From NCBI GenBank assembly GCA_032718475.1, contig JAUCBJ010002777.1, positions 1 through 64,000 on the forward strand: a stretch of 64,000 nucleotides of DNA, given 5' to 3'. Numbering within the stretch: the stretch's first letter is position 1; every line of letters begins with the position of its first letter. A program made the position numbers and the translations under genes. This document shows positions 23,545 through 37,500 of this stretch, piece after piece. The notes beneath the pieces were generated by a model, which saw nothing but the letters and a program-made list of their open reading frames with translations, was not told the DNA's origin and did no database searches. The DNA is from Nemertoderma westbladi (lineage: Eukaryota; Animalia; Xenacoelomorpha).

Positions 23545-26500
23545 CGCTCCCCGCTAGTACAACTCTATAAGCAGCCTGTTCTAATGAACTGAGGGGCCGT
23601 TGGGCTCTCCGCTCACCGCTAGTACAACTCTATAAGCAGCCTGTTCTAATGAACTGAGGGGCCGTTGGGCTCCCCGCTCCCCGCTAGTACAACTCTATAA
23701 GCAGCCTGTTCTAATGAACTGAGGTGCCGTTGGGCTCCCCACTCACCGCTAGTACAACTCTAGAAGCAGCCTGTTCTAATGAACTGAGGTGCCGTTGGGC
23801 TCCCCACTCACCGCTAGTACAACTCTAGAAGCAGCCTGTTCTAATGAACTGAGGGGCCGTTGGGCTCCCCGCTCCCGCTAGTACAACTCTATAAGCAGCC
23901 TGTTCTAATGAACTGAGGGGCCGTTGGGCTCCCTGCTCCCAGCTAGTACAACTCTAGAAGCAGCCTGTTCTAATGAACTGAGGGGCCGTTGGGCTCTCCG
24001 CTCACCGCTAGTACAACTCTAGAAGCAGCCTGTTCTAATGAACTGAGGTGCCGTTGGGCTCCCCACTCACCGCTAGTACAACTCTAGAAGCAGCCTGTTC
24101 TAATGAACTGAGGTGCCGTTGGGCTCCCCACTCACCGCTAGTACAACTCTAGAAGCAGCCTGTTCTAATGAACTGAGGGGCCGTTGGGCTCTCCGCTCAC
24201 CGCTAGTACAACTCTATAAGCAGCCTGTTCTAATGAACTGAGGGGCTGTTGGGCTCTCCGCTCACCGCTAGTACAACTCTATAAGCAGCCTGTTCTAATG
24301 AACTGAGGGGCCGTTGGGCTCCCCGCTCCCCGCTAGTACAACTCTATAAGCAGCCTGTTCTAATGAACTGAGGTGCCGTTGGGCTCCCCACTCACCGCTA
24401 GTACAACTCTAGAAGCAGCCTGTTCTAATGAACTGAGGTGCCGTTGGGCTCCCCACTCACCGCTAGTACAACTCTAGAAGCAGCCTGCTCTAATGAACTG
24501 AGGGGCCGTTGGGCTCCCCGCTCCCCGCTAGTACAACTCTATAAGCAGCCTGTTCTAATGAACTGAGGGGCCGTTGGGCTCCCTGCTCCCAGCTAGTACA
24601 ACTCTAGAAGCAGCCTGTTCTAATGAACTGAGGGGCTGTTGGGCTCTCCGCTCACCGCTAGTACAACTCTAGAAGCAGCCTGTTCTAATGAACTGAGGTG
24701 CCGTTGGGCTCCCCACTCACCGCTAGTACAACTCTAGAAGCAGCCTGTTCTAATGAACTGAGGTGCCGTTGGGCTCCCCACTCACCGCTAGTACAACTCT
24801 AGAAGCAGCCTGTTCTAATGAACTGAGGGGCCGTTGGGCTCCCCGCTCCCCGCTAGTACAACTCTATAAGCAGCCTGTTCTAATGAACTGAGGGGCCGTT
24901 GGGCTCCCTCCCAGCTAGTACAACTCTAGAAGCAGCCTGTTCTAATGAACTGAGGGGCCGTTGGGCTCTCCGCTCACCGCTAGTACAACTCTAGAAGCAG
25001 CCTGTTCTAATGAACTGAGGTGCCGTTGGGCTCCCCACTCACCGCTAGTACAACTCTAGAAGCAGCCTGTTCTAATGAACTGAGGGGCCGTTGGGCTCCC
25101 CGCTCCCAGCTAGTACAACTCTAGAAGCAGCCTGTTCTAATGAACTGAGGGGCCGTTGGGCTCCCTGCTCCCTGCTAGTACAACTCTATAAGCAGCCTGT
25201 TCTAATGAACTGAGGGGCCGTTGGGCTCCCCGCTCCCAGCTAGTACAACTCTAGAAGCAGCCTGTTCTAATGAACTGAGGGGCCGTTGGGCTCCCCGCTC
25301 CCTGCTAGTACAACTCTATAAGCAGCCTGTTCTAATGAACTGAGGGGCCGTTGGGCTCCCCGCTCCCAGCTAGTACAACTCTAGAAGCAGCCTGTTCTAA
25401 TGAACTGAGGGGCCGTTGGGCTCTCCGCTCACCGCTAGTACAACTCTAGAAGCAGCCTGTTCTAATGAACTGAGGTGCCGTTGGGCTCCACGCTCACCGC
25501 TAGTACAACTCTAGAAGCAGCCTGTTCTAATGAACTGAGGTGCCGTTGGGCTCCCCGCTCCCAGCTAGTACAACTCTAGAAGCAGCCTGTTCTAATGAAC
25601 TGAGGGGCCTTTGGGCTCCCCGCTAGTACAACTCTAGAAGCAGCCTGTTCTAATGAACTGAGGTGCCGTTGGGCTCCCCGCTCACCGCTAGGACAACTCT
25701 AGAAGCAGCCTGTTCTAATGAACTGAGGGGCCGTTGGGCTCCCCGCTAGTCCAACTCTAGAAGCAGCCTGTTCTAATGAACTGAGGGGCCGTTGGGCTCC
25801 TCGCTCCCAGCTAGTACAACTCTAGAAGCAGCCTGTTCTAATGAACTGAGGGGCCTTTGGGCTACCCGCTAGTACAACTCTAGAAGCAGCCTGTTCTAAT
25901 GAACTGAGGGGCCGTTGGGCTCCCCGCTCCCAGCTAGAACAACTCTAGAAGCAGCCTGTTCTAATGAACTGAGGGGCGTTTGGGCTCCCCGCTAGTACAA
26001 CTCTAGAAGCAGCCTGTTCTAATGAACTGAGGTGCCATTGGGCTCCCCGCTCACCGCTAGTACAACTCTAGAAGCAGCCTGTTCTAATGAACTGAGGAGC
26101 CGTTTTGCTCCCCGCTAGTACAACTCTAGAAGCAGCCTGTTCCAATGAACTGAGGGGCCGTTGGGCTCCCCGCTCACCGCTAGTACAACTCTAGAAGCAG
26201 CCTGTTCTAATGAACTGAGGGGCTGTTTGGCTCCCCGCTCACCGCTAGTACAACTCTAGAAGCAGCCTGTTCTAATAAACTGAGGGGCCGTTGGGCTCTC
26301 CGCTCACCGCTAGTACAACTCTAGAAGCAGCCTGTTCTAATGAACTGAGGGGCCGTTGGGCTCCCCGCTCACCGCTAGTACAACTCTAGAAGCAGCCTGT
26401 TCTAATGAACTGAGGGGCCGTTGGGCTCCCCGCTAGTACAACTCTAGAAGCAGCCTGTTCTAATGAACTGAGGGGCCCGTTGGGATCACCGCTAGTACAA

Positions 26501-28455
26501 CTCTAGAAGCAGCCTGTTCTAATAAACTGAGGGGCCGTTGGGCTCCCCTCTAGTACAACTCTAGAAGCAGCCTGTTCTAATGAACTGAGCGGCCATTGGG
26601 CTCCCCGCTCACCGCTAGTACAACTCTAGAAGCAGCCTGTTTTAATGAACTGAGGGGCCGTTGGGCTCCCCGCTCACCGCTAGTACAACTCTAGAAGCAG
26701 CCTGTTCTAATGAACTGAGGGGCCGTTGGGCTCCCCGCTCACCGCTAGTACAACTCTAGAAGCAGCCTGTTCTAATGAACTGAGGGGCCGTTGGGCTCCC
26801 CGCTCACCGCTAGTACAACTCTAGAAGCAGCCTGTTCTAATGAACTGAGGGGCCGTTGGGCTCCCTGCTCACCGCTAGTACAACTCTAGAAGCAGCCTGT
26901 TCTAATGAACTGAGGGGCCGTTGGGCTCCCCGCTCACCGCTAGTACAACTCTAGAAGCAGCCTGTTCTAATGAACTGAGGGGCCGTTGGGCTCCCCGCTC
27001 CCCGCTAGTACAACTCTAGAAGCAGCCTGTTCTAATGAACTGTGGGGCCGTTGGGCTCCCCTGTATTACAACTCTAGAATCAGCCTGTTCTAATGAACTG
27101 AGGGGCCGTTGGGCTCCCCTCTAGTACAACTCTAGAAGCAGCCTGTTCTAATGAACTGAGGGGCTGTTGGGCTCCCCGCTCACCGCTAGTACAACTCTAG
27201 AAGCAGCCTGTTCTAATGAACTGAGGGGCCTTTGGGCTCCCCGCTAGTACAACTCTAGAAGCAGCCTGTTCTAATGAACTGAGGGGCCGTTGGGCTCCCC
27301 GCTCCCCGCTAGTACAACTCTAGAAGCAGCCTGTTCTACTGAACTGAGGGGCCGTTGGGCTCCCCGCTCACCGCTAGTACAACTCTAGAAACAGCCTGTT
27401 CTAATAAACTGAGGGGCCGTTGGGCTCCCCGCTCCCCGCTAGTACAACTCTAGAAGCAGCCTGTTCAAATGAACTGAGGGGCCGTTGGGCTCCCCTCTAG
27501 TACAACTCTAGAAGCAGCCTGTTCTAATGAACTGAGGGGCTGTTGGGCTCCCCTCTCACCGCTAGTACAACTCTAGAAGCAGCCTGTTCTAATGAACTGA
27601 GGGGCCGTTGGGCTCCCCTCTAGTACAACTCTAGAAGCAGCCTGTTCTAATGAACTGAGGGGCCGTTGGGCTCCCCGCTCCCCGCTAGTACAACTCTAGA
27701 AGCAGCCTGTTCAAATGAACTGAGGGGCCGTTGGGCTCCCCTCTAGTACAACTCTAGAATCAGCCTGTTCTAATGAACTGAGGGGCCGTTGGGCTCCCCT
27801 CTAGTACAACTCTAGAAGCAGCCTGTTCTAATGAACTGAGGGGCCGTTGGGCTCCCCTCTAGTACAACTCTAGAATCAGCCTGTTCTAATGAACTGAGGG
27901 GCCGTTGGGCTCCCCTCTAGTACAACTCTAGAAGCAGCCTGTTCTAATGAACTGAGGGGCCGTTGGGCTCCCCTCTAGTACAACTCTAGAATCAGCCTGT
28001 TCTAATGAACTGAGGGGCCGTTGGGCTCCCCTCTAGTACAACTCTAGAAGCAGCCTGTTCTAATGAACTGAGGGGCCGTTGGGCTCCCCGCTCCCCGCTA
28101 GTACAACTCTAGAAGCAGCCTGTTCTAATGAACTGTTGGGCCGTTGGGCTCCCCTGTATTACAACTCTAGAATCAGCCTGTTCTAATGAACTGAGGGGCC
28201 TTTGGGCTCCCCGCTAGTACAACTCTAGAAGCAGCCTGTTCTAATGAACTGAGGGGCCGTTGGGCTCCCCGCTCCCCGCTAGTACAACTCTAGAAGCAGC
28301 CTGTTCAAATGAACTGAGGGGCCGTTGGGCTCCCCTCTAGTACAACTCTAGAAGCAGGCTGTTCTAATGAACTGAGGGGCCGTTGGGCTCCCCGCTCACC
28401 GCTAGTAGAACTCTAGAAGCAGCCTGTTCTAATGAACTGAGGGGCCGTTGGGCTC
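23545..28455. repeat. Satellite, 65-bp unit (58-bp variants), derived from RTE reverse-transcriptase sequence
   Basis: Unit GCTAGTACAACTCTAGAAGCAGCCTGTTCTAATGAACTGAGGGGCCGTTGGGCTCCCCGCTCACC; its reverse complement matches 11224-11275. Confidence 0.95.
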
Positions 28456-29645
28456 TGTAAAGGCTTTTGCGGAATTAGCTAGTCATTTTCCCCGCAAAGT
28501 ACTCTGTAGATGTTTTAACGGACATAAAAGCCGTTTCCTTACTGTACCGGTATTTTAGTGGACATAAAAAGCTATTTTTCTGTATGTGTACTTTAGCGGA
28601 CATAACTAGCGATCTTATGCCACAATACGCCATAATACTCTCTACACAGTGTAGTTCAGATTACGACATCTATCAGCTGATTTGGTGTACTCGTGGAACT
28701 TTCTTTGTTCAGGCCCACTCTGTGCAATCACTCGACCAATCAGAGCGATTTTCAGTTTATTTCACAGAGGCCTCCGGGAACTCGCGCAATGCATTATGGT
28801 TTATGTTTACCTTTTTTCCTGATGCCATGAACATCGGCTATGGAATTATTCTATGTTTCAGACTTTAGCAAAACATTAGAACGGCTTTGATTACCGGAAC
28901 GTATAACTGTTATCACGGCATCACACACAACATAAAACGAACCTCAAACTTACACACCGCATTATTTTACTGTTATTTACTGTCGGTTATTAATTGTATC
29001 GGTTGATGGAATATTGTTATATTTGGATAATATCGATAAAGAATCATAAAACCCCCCATCTTCTTGATATACTGAAGGTAAGAGACCGGTTACATATAGC
29101 AATTGCGACTTACATTATATTGGTTTTGGAGTGAATCTAATGCTATTTCATAGGCACTACATGAGTCAATTGCTGTTCTCTTTATATATGATCAAATTCA
29201 GTGAAGGTCGGCAGATTGGTATGCAGTATTGTGCGGTAGTGTGCATGAATGTTACTGATAACTAAGCATCTCCTAAAGAATGCGCCTTATACGTGAATCA
29301 TTAGCCATCCAGTTGTGTTTAGTATAAGTCATAACTCTGTTTACATATTTAGAGCGCCACGTCCTAAAGAAACTGTTAATATTTCCCGAAAGTGAATAAT
29401 ATTTGTCAGAGATTATATATTAACGATCAATCGAATAATACAGTAGGCTTACACCGCAATAAGGTCAGAGCTTCCGAATCCAGTCTCCCGGGTATATCCA
29501 GCGGGTGAATGGTCGCGCATAGGCTGGCTTCGGCTAATGTAGTGTTTATTTGTATCAAATACTTGTCATAGGGTAAAGTCGATTTACAAACTAAAAGACA
29601 CCTAAAATTAGCGGGTTAAACTGCTAAAGTCTAAAAGCGCGAACA
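28456..29645. mobile_element. Non-autonomous TGT...ACA element with 5-bp TSD (Ginger-like DNA transposon, or solo LTR)
   Basis: TSD GGCTC (28451-28455, 29646-29650); termini TGTAAAGGCTTTT / AAAAGCGCGAACA; subterminal repeats tttagcggacataa. Confidence 0.65.
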
Positions 29646-30520
29646 GGCTCCCCGCTCACCGCTAGTACAACTCTAGAAGCAGCCTGTTCTAATGAACTGA
29701 GGGGCCGTTGGGCTCCCCGCTCCCCGCTAGTACAACTCTATAAGCAGCCTGTTCTAATGAACTGAGGGGCCGTTGGGCTCCCTGCTCCCAGCTAGTACAA
29801 CTCTAGAAGCAGCCTGTTCTAATGAACTGAGGGGCCGTTGGGCTCTCCGCTCACCGCTAGTACAACTCTAGAAGCAGCCTGTTCTAATGAACTGAGGGGC
29901 CGTTGGGCTCCCCGCTCCCCGCTAGTACAACTCTATAAGCAGCCTGTTCTAATGAACTGAGGGGCCGTTGGGCTCCCTGCTCCCAGCTAGTACAACTCTA
30001 GAAGCAGCCTGTTCTAATGAACTGAGGGGCCGTTGGGCTCTCCGCTCACCGCTAGTACAACTCTAGAAGCAGCCTGTTCTAATGAACTGAGGGGCCGTTG
30101 GGCTCCCTGCTCCCAGCTAGTACAACTCTAGAAGCAGCCTGTTCTAATGAACTGAGGGGCCGTTGGGCTCTCCGCTCACCGCTAGTACAACTCTAGAAGC
30201 AGCCTGTTCTAATGAACTGAGGGGCCGTTGGGCTCTCCGCTCACCGCTAGTACAACTCTAGAAGCAGCCTGTTCTAATGAACTGAGGGGCCGTTGGGCTC
30301 TCCGCTCACCGCTAGTACAACTCTAGAAGCAGCCTGTTCTAATGAACTGAGGGGCCGTTGGGCTCCCCGCTCCCCGCTAGTACAACTCTAGAAGCAGCCT
30401 GTTCAAATGAACTGAGGGGCCGTTGGGCTCCCCGCTAGTACAACTCTAGAAGCAGCCTGTTCTAATGAACTGAGGGGCCGTTGGGCTCCTTCTAGTGATT
30501 CTGAGAGTTCGCTAAGGACG
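29646..30520. repeat. Continuation of the 65-bp satellite, ending in unamplified RTE RT sequence
   Basis: Same unit. The last copy runs into ...tctagtgattctgagagt, which reads LSESLEGAQRPLSSLEQAAS on the minus strand. Confidence 0.93.
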
Positions 30521-30861
30521 TGCTCAAATAACATAGTCAAACTCATTAAATTATAAATATGAATCGTGATAAAGTTAACCTGGAGGACTCCCAATATTAC
30601 TACAATCCACCATTAATATGAGAATAAATAGCGTTTTTGCGACTAGTTTGATTTAAAATTTCAATTTTTGTTGCTCTTTGGCCTTCCCCACGTTGGCTGA
30701 ACACATCATAACAATGATATTGACATACAACACGAAATTTGAGCTGAGGCGGTACCCCCCCCCCCCCCCCCCCCCCTTAAGTAAAATATAAAGCTTGCAT
30801 CTTCACTTCCAGTTAAGATGTAATATTGTCTGAATGTCAAAGTACTGTAAGAGCTAGCTAC

Positions 30862-32426
30862 TGTGGGGCGAGCCACGAAGTGAGTGAGCCTTAGCGTAGT
30901 GGTACCATTAATCAACCTGTCGTTCTGTCGTTCTGTCGTTCTGTCGTTCTGTCGTTCTGTCGTGTTCAATTTTAAACGTTAATAACTCGGCCAATCTTTG
31001 ATGAAATCTATCCAAACTTGGTACACATGTTGTTTGGCAAAAGTTTAGAAATTTTCCAAGTAGAATTTCCGTGTGGCCTTCGAGAAGCTAAGATAATAGC
31101 AGTTAATTAGTTAATTAAGTTGATTGCGGTGAAAACGCCATTTTCAACCTGCCTTTTAAAGGAAATTAATTGTTTTACAGTATAAGATTTAAATAATTAT
31201 ACTTAAAAATTATACAGATATAATCCCCATACGCCATTCTATTATAGTTTTTAATTAGTTTAAGTGATTTGCTTTAATAAATGTGTCTTTAATTGATCTA
31301 AACGTAATTAAACCGCACAATTATTGAGTACAAATTTAATCCTTCCCATTATTGGTCAAGTCTCTGCTGGTGTGGAGCTAGCTGCTGGGAGTTGTGGCTG
31401 TAGACTAACCTGAGAGGAATTGTAATAGAGGCAACCAGTATTGCTATTCCAGCCCAATCACTGAATTGTGTTTATTATAGGCTGGACGGGCCGCATAACC
31501 GTTCGACTATTACTACTATTGCTATCTCAGTTAAATGACAGATATAATAACATAAATACAATCCATGGCATGGCTGTTGTAGGCTTCTGAAATAGTTTAT
31601 TCCACAATGTATATGTCTGGTTATTTTTTAATTGAATTTTTGCAAAGTAGTAAAATTAATGTTCTTAAAAATAATATTATTATTTTATATGTAACCTAGG
31701 AAATTAGCTACATTTTTTCGCTGCAGCTTTAAGAGTGTACATTGATTTAATATTATTTCAATACCCATATTACTACATCGGCATAAGATGCGTTGGCGTT
31801 GTATCACACATCTCCACATATCACACATCTCCACATAGATGTATCAACAGTTACTCGCACAGTTTCGAAACTTCGCATAGTTATAACTGTATAAAGATCG
31901 TCAGTCTGCGTTTAGGAAAAATATTTTATGACAAAACAGGACAAGCGACGAGCGCAACGAGGCATATAATGAAGACGAGTACTGCGTTGACTAAATTATT
32001 ATATAAACCACCTGGCTTCACATATTGATCGCATCCCTAGTTATTATTATTATAAAGATCGTCCTAGCTTGCGTTTAAGAAATATATTTAAATACAAAAC
32101 AGGACGAACGCAAAGAGGCTTATAATGAAAACGAGTACTGCGTTTATTATATTCCTATAAACCACCTGGCTTTGCATATTTAACGTGCGATTGGAAATAA
32201 GTTCGTGCTACCCTTCCTTGGGTGGTAGATGTCGCGGTTATGTATTGGTGGTTGGGAAGGGTGGGGGGGGGGGAGATTAAAAGGGGTGAACACGTACTGT
32301 CCACCTTTCTTTGATTGATTGGTGGTGTGGGTAAATTTCTCAAAACCTGATTTTGTGATACAGTCGCTGCATTTTAATTTGTATATAATAACTAGGCCTC
32401 GTGCTGCGCGAAGTCCCCACGAACGT
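30862..32426 (+). mobile_element. HINE-like element
   Basis: Same 5' end, (CTGTCGTT)5 microsatellite, core and 3' end as the other copies. Confidence 0.65.
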
Positions 32427-32909
32427 GTATAGTATATAACCTGGTGGGATAAATAACTTGTCTCGTCTGGAACTCTTATATTTTTCTTGTTTCTGATTCT
32501 CCATATTCCTATGTCTATCCTTGGCAACCAACCAATGAGATTCCTCCATACTTAGTCCACTACAAGCATTATTAACCAATGATGATCGACTCTAATTAAT
32601 TTTACTAATCAATGTTAAACAATCTCTATGATTATTTTAATTCGAATTCGCTGATCATTCAGTGGCTTTTTATGATTTTATTTAATTAAAATGTTTTCAA
32701 ATTATTGACTACCGCTAATCTCCTTTCTTAGATACCGGTAATTAAACTTATTTATATCATTATTGTAAATTATTATTGAACGTATTATTTATTTACAATT
32801 ACCGGTACAATAAGTAATATGGAATTGTCATATTATTTGTCGTTTTTAATGTTTTTCGCAATTACTTTTGAAGGTGAGTTACAGGCCTACCGTTCTACAG
32901 TTATATGAG

Positions 32910-33181
32910 ACGTTCGTGGGGTCTTCGGCACCACGATATGAAAAAGCCTTAGCATATGGGGGCCCCATTAACGAGTTGTCTGTCGTTAGTCAGAAGTCGT
33001 CAACACAATACTCGTCTCCTTCATTTGCCTAGTTGCGTTCGTTCGTTTTTTACCAAAATTCAGATTCGTTCTAAACTTTTGACGGACTACATACGTACCA
33101 AGTTTACGACGACGACAGACAACTCTTTAATGGCACAAATGCTAAATGCTAAGGCTCCCTCACTTCGTGGCTCGCCCCACA
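32910..33181 (-). mobile_element. HINE-like element, short copy
   Basis: ACGTTCGTGGGG...CACTTCGTGGCTCGCCCCACA, i.e. the family termini reverse-complemented. Confidence 0.6.
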
Positions 33182-33325
33182 ATGCATTGTAAATCAGATT
33201 CGCGTAGGTTATGCCAACTGTAGAATACCGATATCTTCGTATATTCTGAAATTGCACTGTGTAAATTCATGGATTAATTGAATCAGGCATAACTAATTGC
33301 AGGGTATCTAACTAATATGGGTACC

Positions 33326-33956
33326 ACGTTCGTGGGGCCTTCGCGCAGCATGAGAGCCTAGATTAGAAAGTACATTATATACTAATCTCTATTAGATATA
33401 CGAAAAATGTCTTTCCTAACATATATATGAGTAAAGGCGATGCTATCAGTTTGTGATAAACTAGTTGTAAAAATAGAGATTCATTTCAGTTTTCCCTTAC
33501 ACACTTTAACTGTCATTTGTAAACCTTCTAACTAGGGCTATTTAAGTTAAGTATGACATTTTTAGTTTTACAATACTATTCTCCTTCATTAGCCTCGTTT
33601 CGCTCGTCCTGTTTTGTCTTAAAATAATTTTCCTTACTATTTTCATTACGACCTTTATAACTATGCTAAGTCTCGAAAATATAAGAGTAACTGCAGATTT
33701 ATAGCAGATGGATACTCGTATCGACTGTAAACTCGTTGCGTTCGTTCGTTTTTTACCAAACTTCCGATTCTTTCTAAACTTTTGACGGACTACATACGTA
33801 CCAAGTTTCGTTTAAATTCATCAAGGAATGACCGAGTTATTAGCGATCAAAAATTTACGACGACAACGAAGACAGACGACGACGACGTCGACAACAGACA
33901 ACTAGTCAATGGCGCCCATATGCTAAGGCTTCGCTCACTTCGTGGCTCGCCCCACA
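33326..33956 (-). mobile_element. HINE-like element
   Basis: ACGTTCGTGGGGCCTTCGCGCAGCA...(GACGAC)n...CTTCGTGGCTCGCCCCACA. Confidence 0.62.
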
Positions 33957-34129
33957 TTCCCTGGGTAGAACACAGGCCGTTCGTTTTCTAATTGCCTACA
34001 ATAAATTGCGTAATATTTATTAGAAATCCTAGTGATTGTTTAAACATTTTACCGCATAGGCGCCAGGTGTGTAACTTATACTGTATATACAGTAGTATGA
34101 TATAATACTATCCCCCCCAAATATATACT

Positions 34130-34268
34130 CCCCAGTAGAAACTGGTTCTCATTTCACTACAATTTAAGATTGCCAGGCAGAATAGTCCCTAGTTAGTCCC
34201 GTTAAAGCATTCGTACCGAAACGATAACTTCCCAGGCCCCTATGCGGGGATCGAACCCACGACCTCCA
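34130..34268 (-). mobile_element. tRNA-derived SINE fragment
   Basis: Minus strand GGAGGTCGTGGGTTCGATCCCCGCATAGGGGCC (B-box and T-arm); A-box missing. Confidence 0.45.
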
Positions 34269-34529
34269 TATAGATGTACATTAACGGCAACAAATTTCAC
34301 TACCTCGCCTTCGTATCCTATATCCATGACGTCATCTTCTCCAATAACCCCGCAAGAACCCCTTGATTTTGTAATCTCTAGCGCCCCCTAGCGTACAAAT
34401 CGGTAACGACTTATTGACCTGCTATGATAAAGCGCATAACATATGTTTCACAACGGATCCAAATCTCATTTATTCGAAACAAATATCCGCAAATGCCAGA
34501 GATTAATTTTTTCAACTCCGAAACTTATC

Positions 34530-37500
34530 AAAGATGAAATGTTGTTTATACCAGGACGATCTCGAACAAAATATAAATTAAATAATTATGAAGGACGTGC
34601 TTTCTCGATTGCTGCTCCGATTATCTGGAACTCCCTCCCCGGAGATGTAAGCCACGCTGCTGGACCCCTGCTTTCTCGATCGCTGCCCCGACTAACTGGA
34701 AATCCCTCCCCGGAGATGTAATCTACGCTGGACCCCTGCTTTCTCGATCGCTGCTCCGACTATCTGGAACTCCCTCCCCAGAGATATAAGCCACGCTGGA
34801 CCCCTGCTTTCTCGATCGCTGCTCCGACTATCTGGAACTCCCTCCACAGAGATGTAAGCCACGCTGCTGGACCCCTGCTTTCCCGATTGCTGCTCCGACT
34901 ATCTGGAACTCCCTCCCCAGAGGTGTAAGCCACGCTGGACCCCTGCTTTCTCGATCGCTGCTCCGACTATCTGGAACTCCCTCCACAGAGATGTACGCCA
35001 CACTGGACCCCTGCTTTCCCGATTGCTGCTCCGACTATCTGGAACTCCCTCCCCAGAGGTGTAAGCCACGCTGGACCCCTGCTTTCTCGATCGCTGCTCC
35101 GACTATCTGGAACTCCCTCCACAGAGATGTACGCCACACTGGACCCCTGCTTTCCCGATTGCTGCTCCGACTATCTGGAACTCCCTCCCCAGAGATGTAA
35201 GCCACGCTGGACCCCTGCTTTCTCGATCGCTGCTCCGACTATCTGGAACTCCCTCCCCAGAGATGTACGCCACACTGGACCCCTGCTTTCCCAATCGCTG
35301 CTCCGACTATCTGGAACTCCCTCCACAGAGATGTACGCCACACTGGACCACTGCTTTCTCGATCGCTGCTCCGACTATCTGGAACTCCCTCCCCAGAGAT
35401 GTACGCCACACTGGACCCCTGCTTTCCCAATCGCTGCTCCGACTATCTGGAACTCCCTCCACAGAGATGTACGCCACACTGGACCACTGCTTTCCCGATT
35501 GCTGCTCCGACTATCTGGAACTCCCTCCCCAGAGATGTAAGCCACGCTGCTGCACCCCTGCTTTCTCGATCGCTGCTCCGACTATCTGGAACTCCCTCCC
35601 CAGAGATATATGCCACGCTGGACCCCTGCTTACTCGATCGCTGCTCCGACTAGCTGGAACTCCCTCTCCAGAGATATACGCCATGCTGGACCCCTGCTTT
35701 CTCGATCACTGCTCCGACTAGCTGGAACTCCCTCCACAGAGATGTAAGCCACGCTGCACCCCTGCTTTCTCGATCGCTGCTCCGACTAGCTGGAACTCCC
35801 TCCACAGAGATGTAAGCCACGCTGGACCCCTGCTTACTCGATCGCTGCTCCGACTAGCTGGAACTCCCTCTCCAGAGATATAAGCCACGCTGGACCCCTG
35901 CTTTCTCGATCGCTGCTCCGACTATCTGGAACTCCCTCCACAGAGATGTAAGCCACGCTGCTGGACCCCTGCTTTCTCGATCGCTGCTCCGACTATCTGG
36001 AACTCCCTCCCCAGAGATATAAGCCACGCTGGACCCCTGCTTTCTCGATCGCTGCTCCGACTATCTGGAACTCCCTCCCCAGAGGTGTAAGCCACGCTGG
36101 ACCCCTGCTTTCTCGATCGCTGCTCCGACTATCTGGAACTCCCTCCACAGAGATGTACGCCACACTGGACCCCTGCTTTCCCGATTGCTGCTCCGACTAT
36201 CTGGAACTCCCTCCCCAGAGATGTAAGCCACGCTGGACCCCTGCTTTCTCGATCGCTGCTCCGACTATCTGGAACTCCCTCCCCAGAGATGTACGCCACA
36301 CTGGACCCCTGCTTTCCCAATCGCTGCTCCGACTATCTGGAACTCCCTCCACAGAGATGTACGCCACACTGGACCACTGCTTTCTCGATCGCTGCTCCGA
36401 CTATCTGGAACTCCCTCCCCAGAGATGTACGCCACACTGGACCCCTGCTTTCCCGATCGCTGCTCCGACTATCTGGAACTCCCTCCACAGAGATGTACGC
36501 CACACTGGACCACTGCTTTCCCGATTGCTGCTCCGACTATCTGGAACTCCCTCCCCAGAGATGTAAGCCACGCTGCTGCACCCCTGCTTTCTCGATCGCT
36601 GCTCCGACTATCTGGAACTCCCTCCCCAGAGATATATGCCACGCTGGACCCCTGCTTACTCGATCGCTGCTCCGACTAGCTGGAACTCCCTCTCCAGAGA
36701 TATAAGCCACGCTGGACCCCTGCTTTCTCGATCACTGCTCCGACTAGCTGGAACTCCCTCCACAGAGATGTAAGCCACGCTGGACCCCTGCTTTCTCGAT
36801 CGCTGCTCCGACTAGCTGGAACTCCCTCCACAGAGATGTAAGCCACGCTGGACCCCTGCTTACTCGATCGCTGCTCCGACTAGCTGGAACTCCCTCTCCA
36901 GAGATATACGCCATGCTGGACCCCTGCTTTCTCGATCACTGCTCCGACTAGCTGGAACTCCCTCCACAGAGATGTAAGCCACGCTGCACCCCTGCTTTCT
37001 CGATCGCTGCTCCGACTAGCTGGAACTCCCTCCACAGAGATGTAAGCCACGCTGGACCCCTGCTTACTCGATCGCTGCTCCGACTAGCTGGAACTCCCTC
37101 TCCAGAGATATAAGCCACGCTGGACCCCTGCTTTCTCGATCGCTGCTCCGACTATCTGGAACTCCCTCCACAGAGATGTAAGCCACGCTGCTGGACCCCT
37201 GCTTTCTCGATCGCTGCTCCGACTAGCTGGAACTCCCTCCACAGAGATGTAAGCCACGCTGCTGCACCCCTGCTGTCTCGATCGCTGCTCCGACTAGCTG
37301 GAACTCCCTCCACAGAGATGTAAGCCACGCTGGACCCCTGCTTACTCGATCGCTGCTCCGACTAGCTGGAACTCCCTCTGCAGAGATATAAGCCACGCTG
37401 GACCCCTGCTTTCTCGATCGCTGCTCCGACTATCTGGAACTCCCTCCACAGAGATGTAAGCCACGCTGCTGGACCCCTGCTTTCTCGATCGCTGCTCCGA

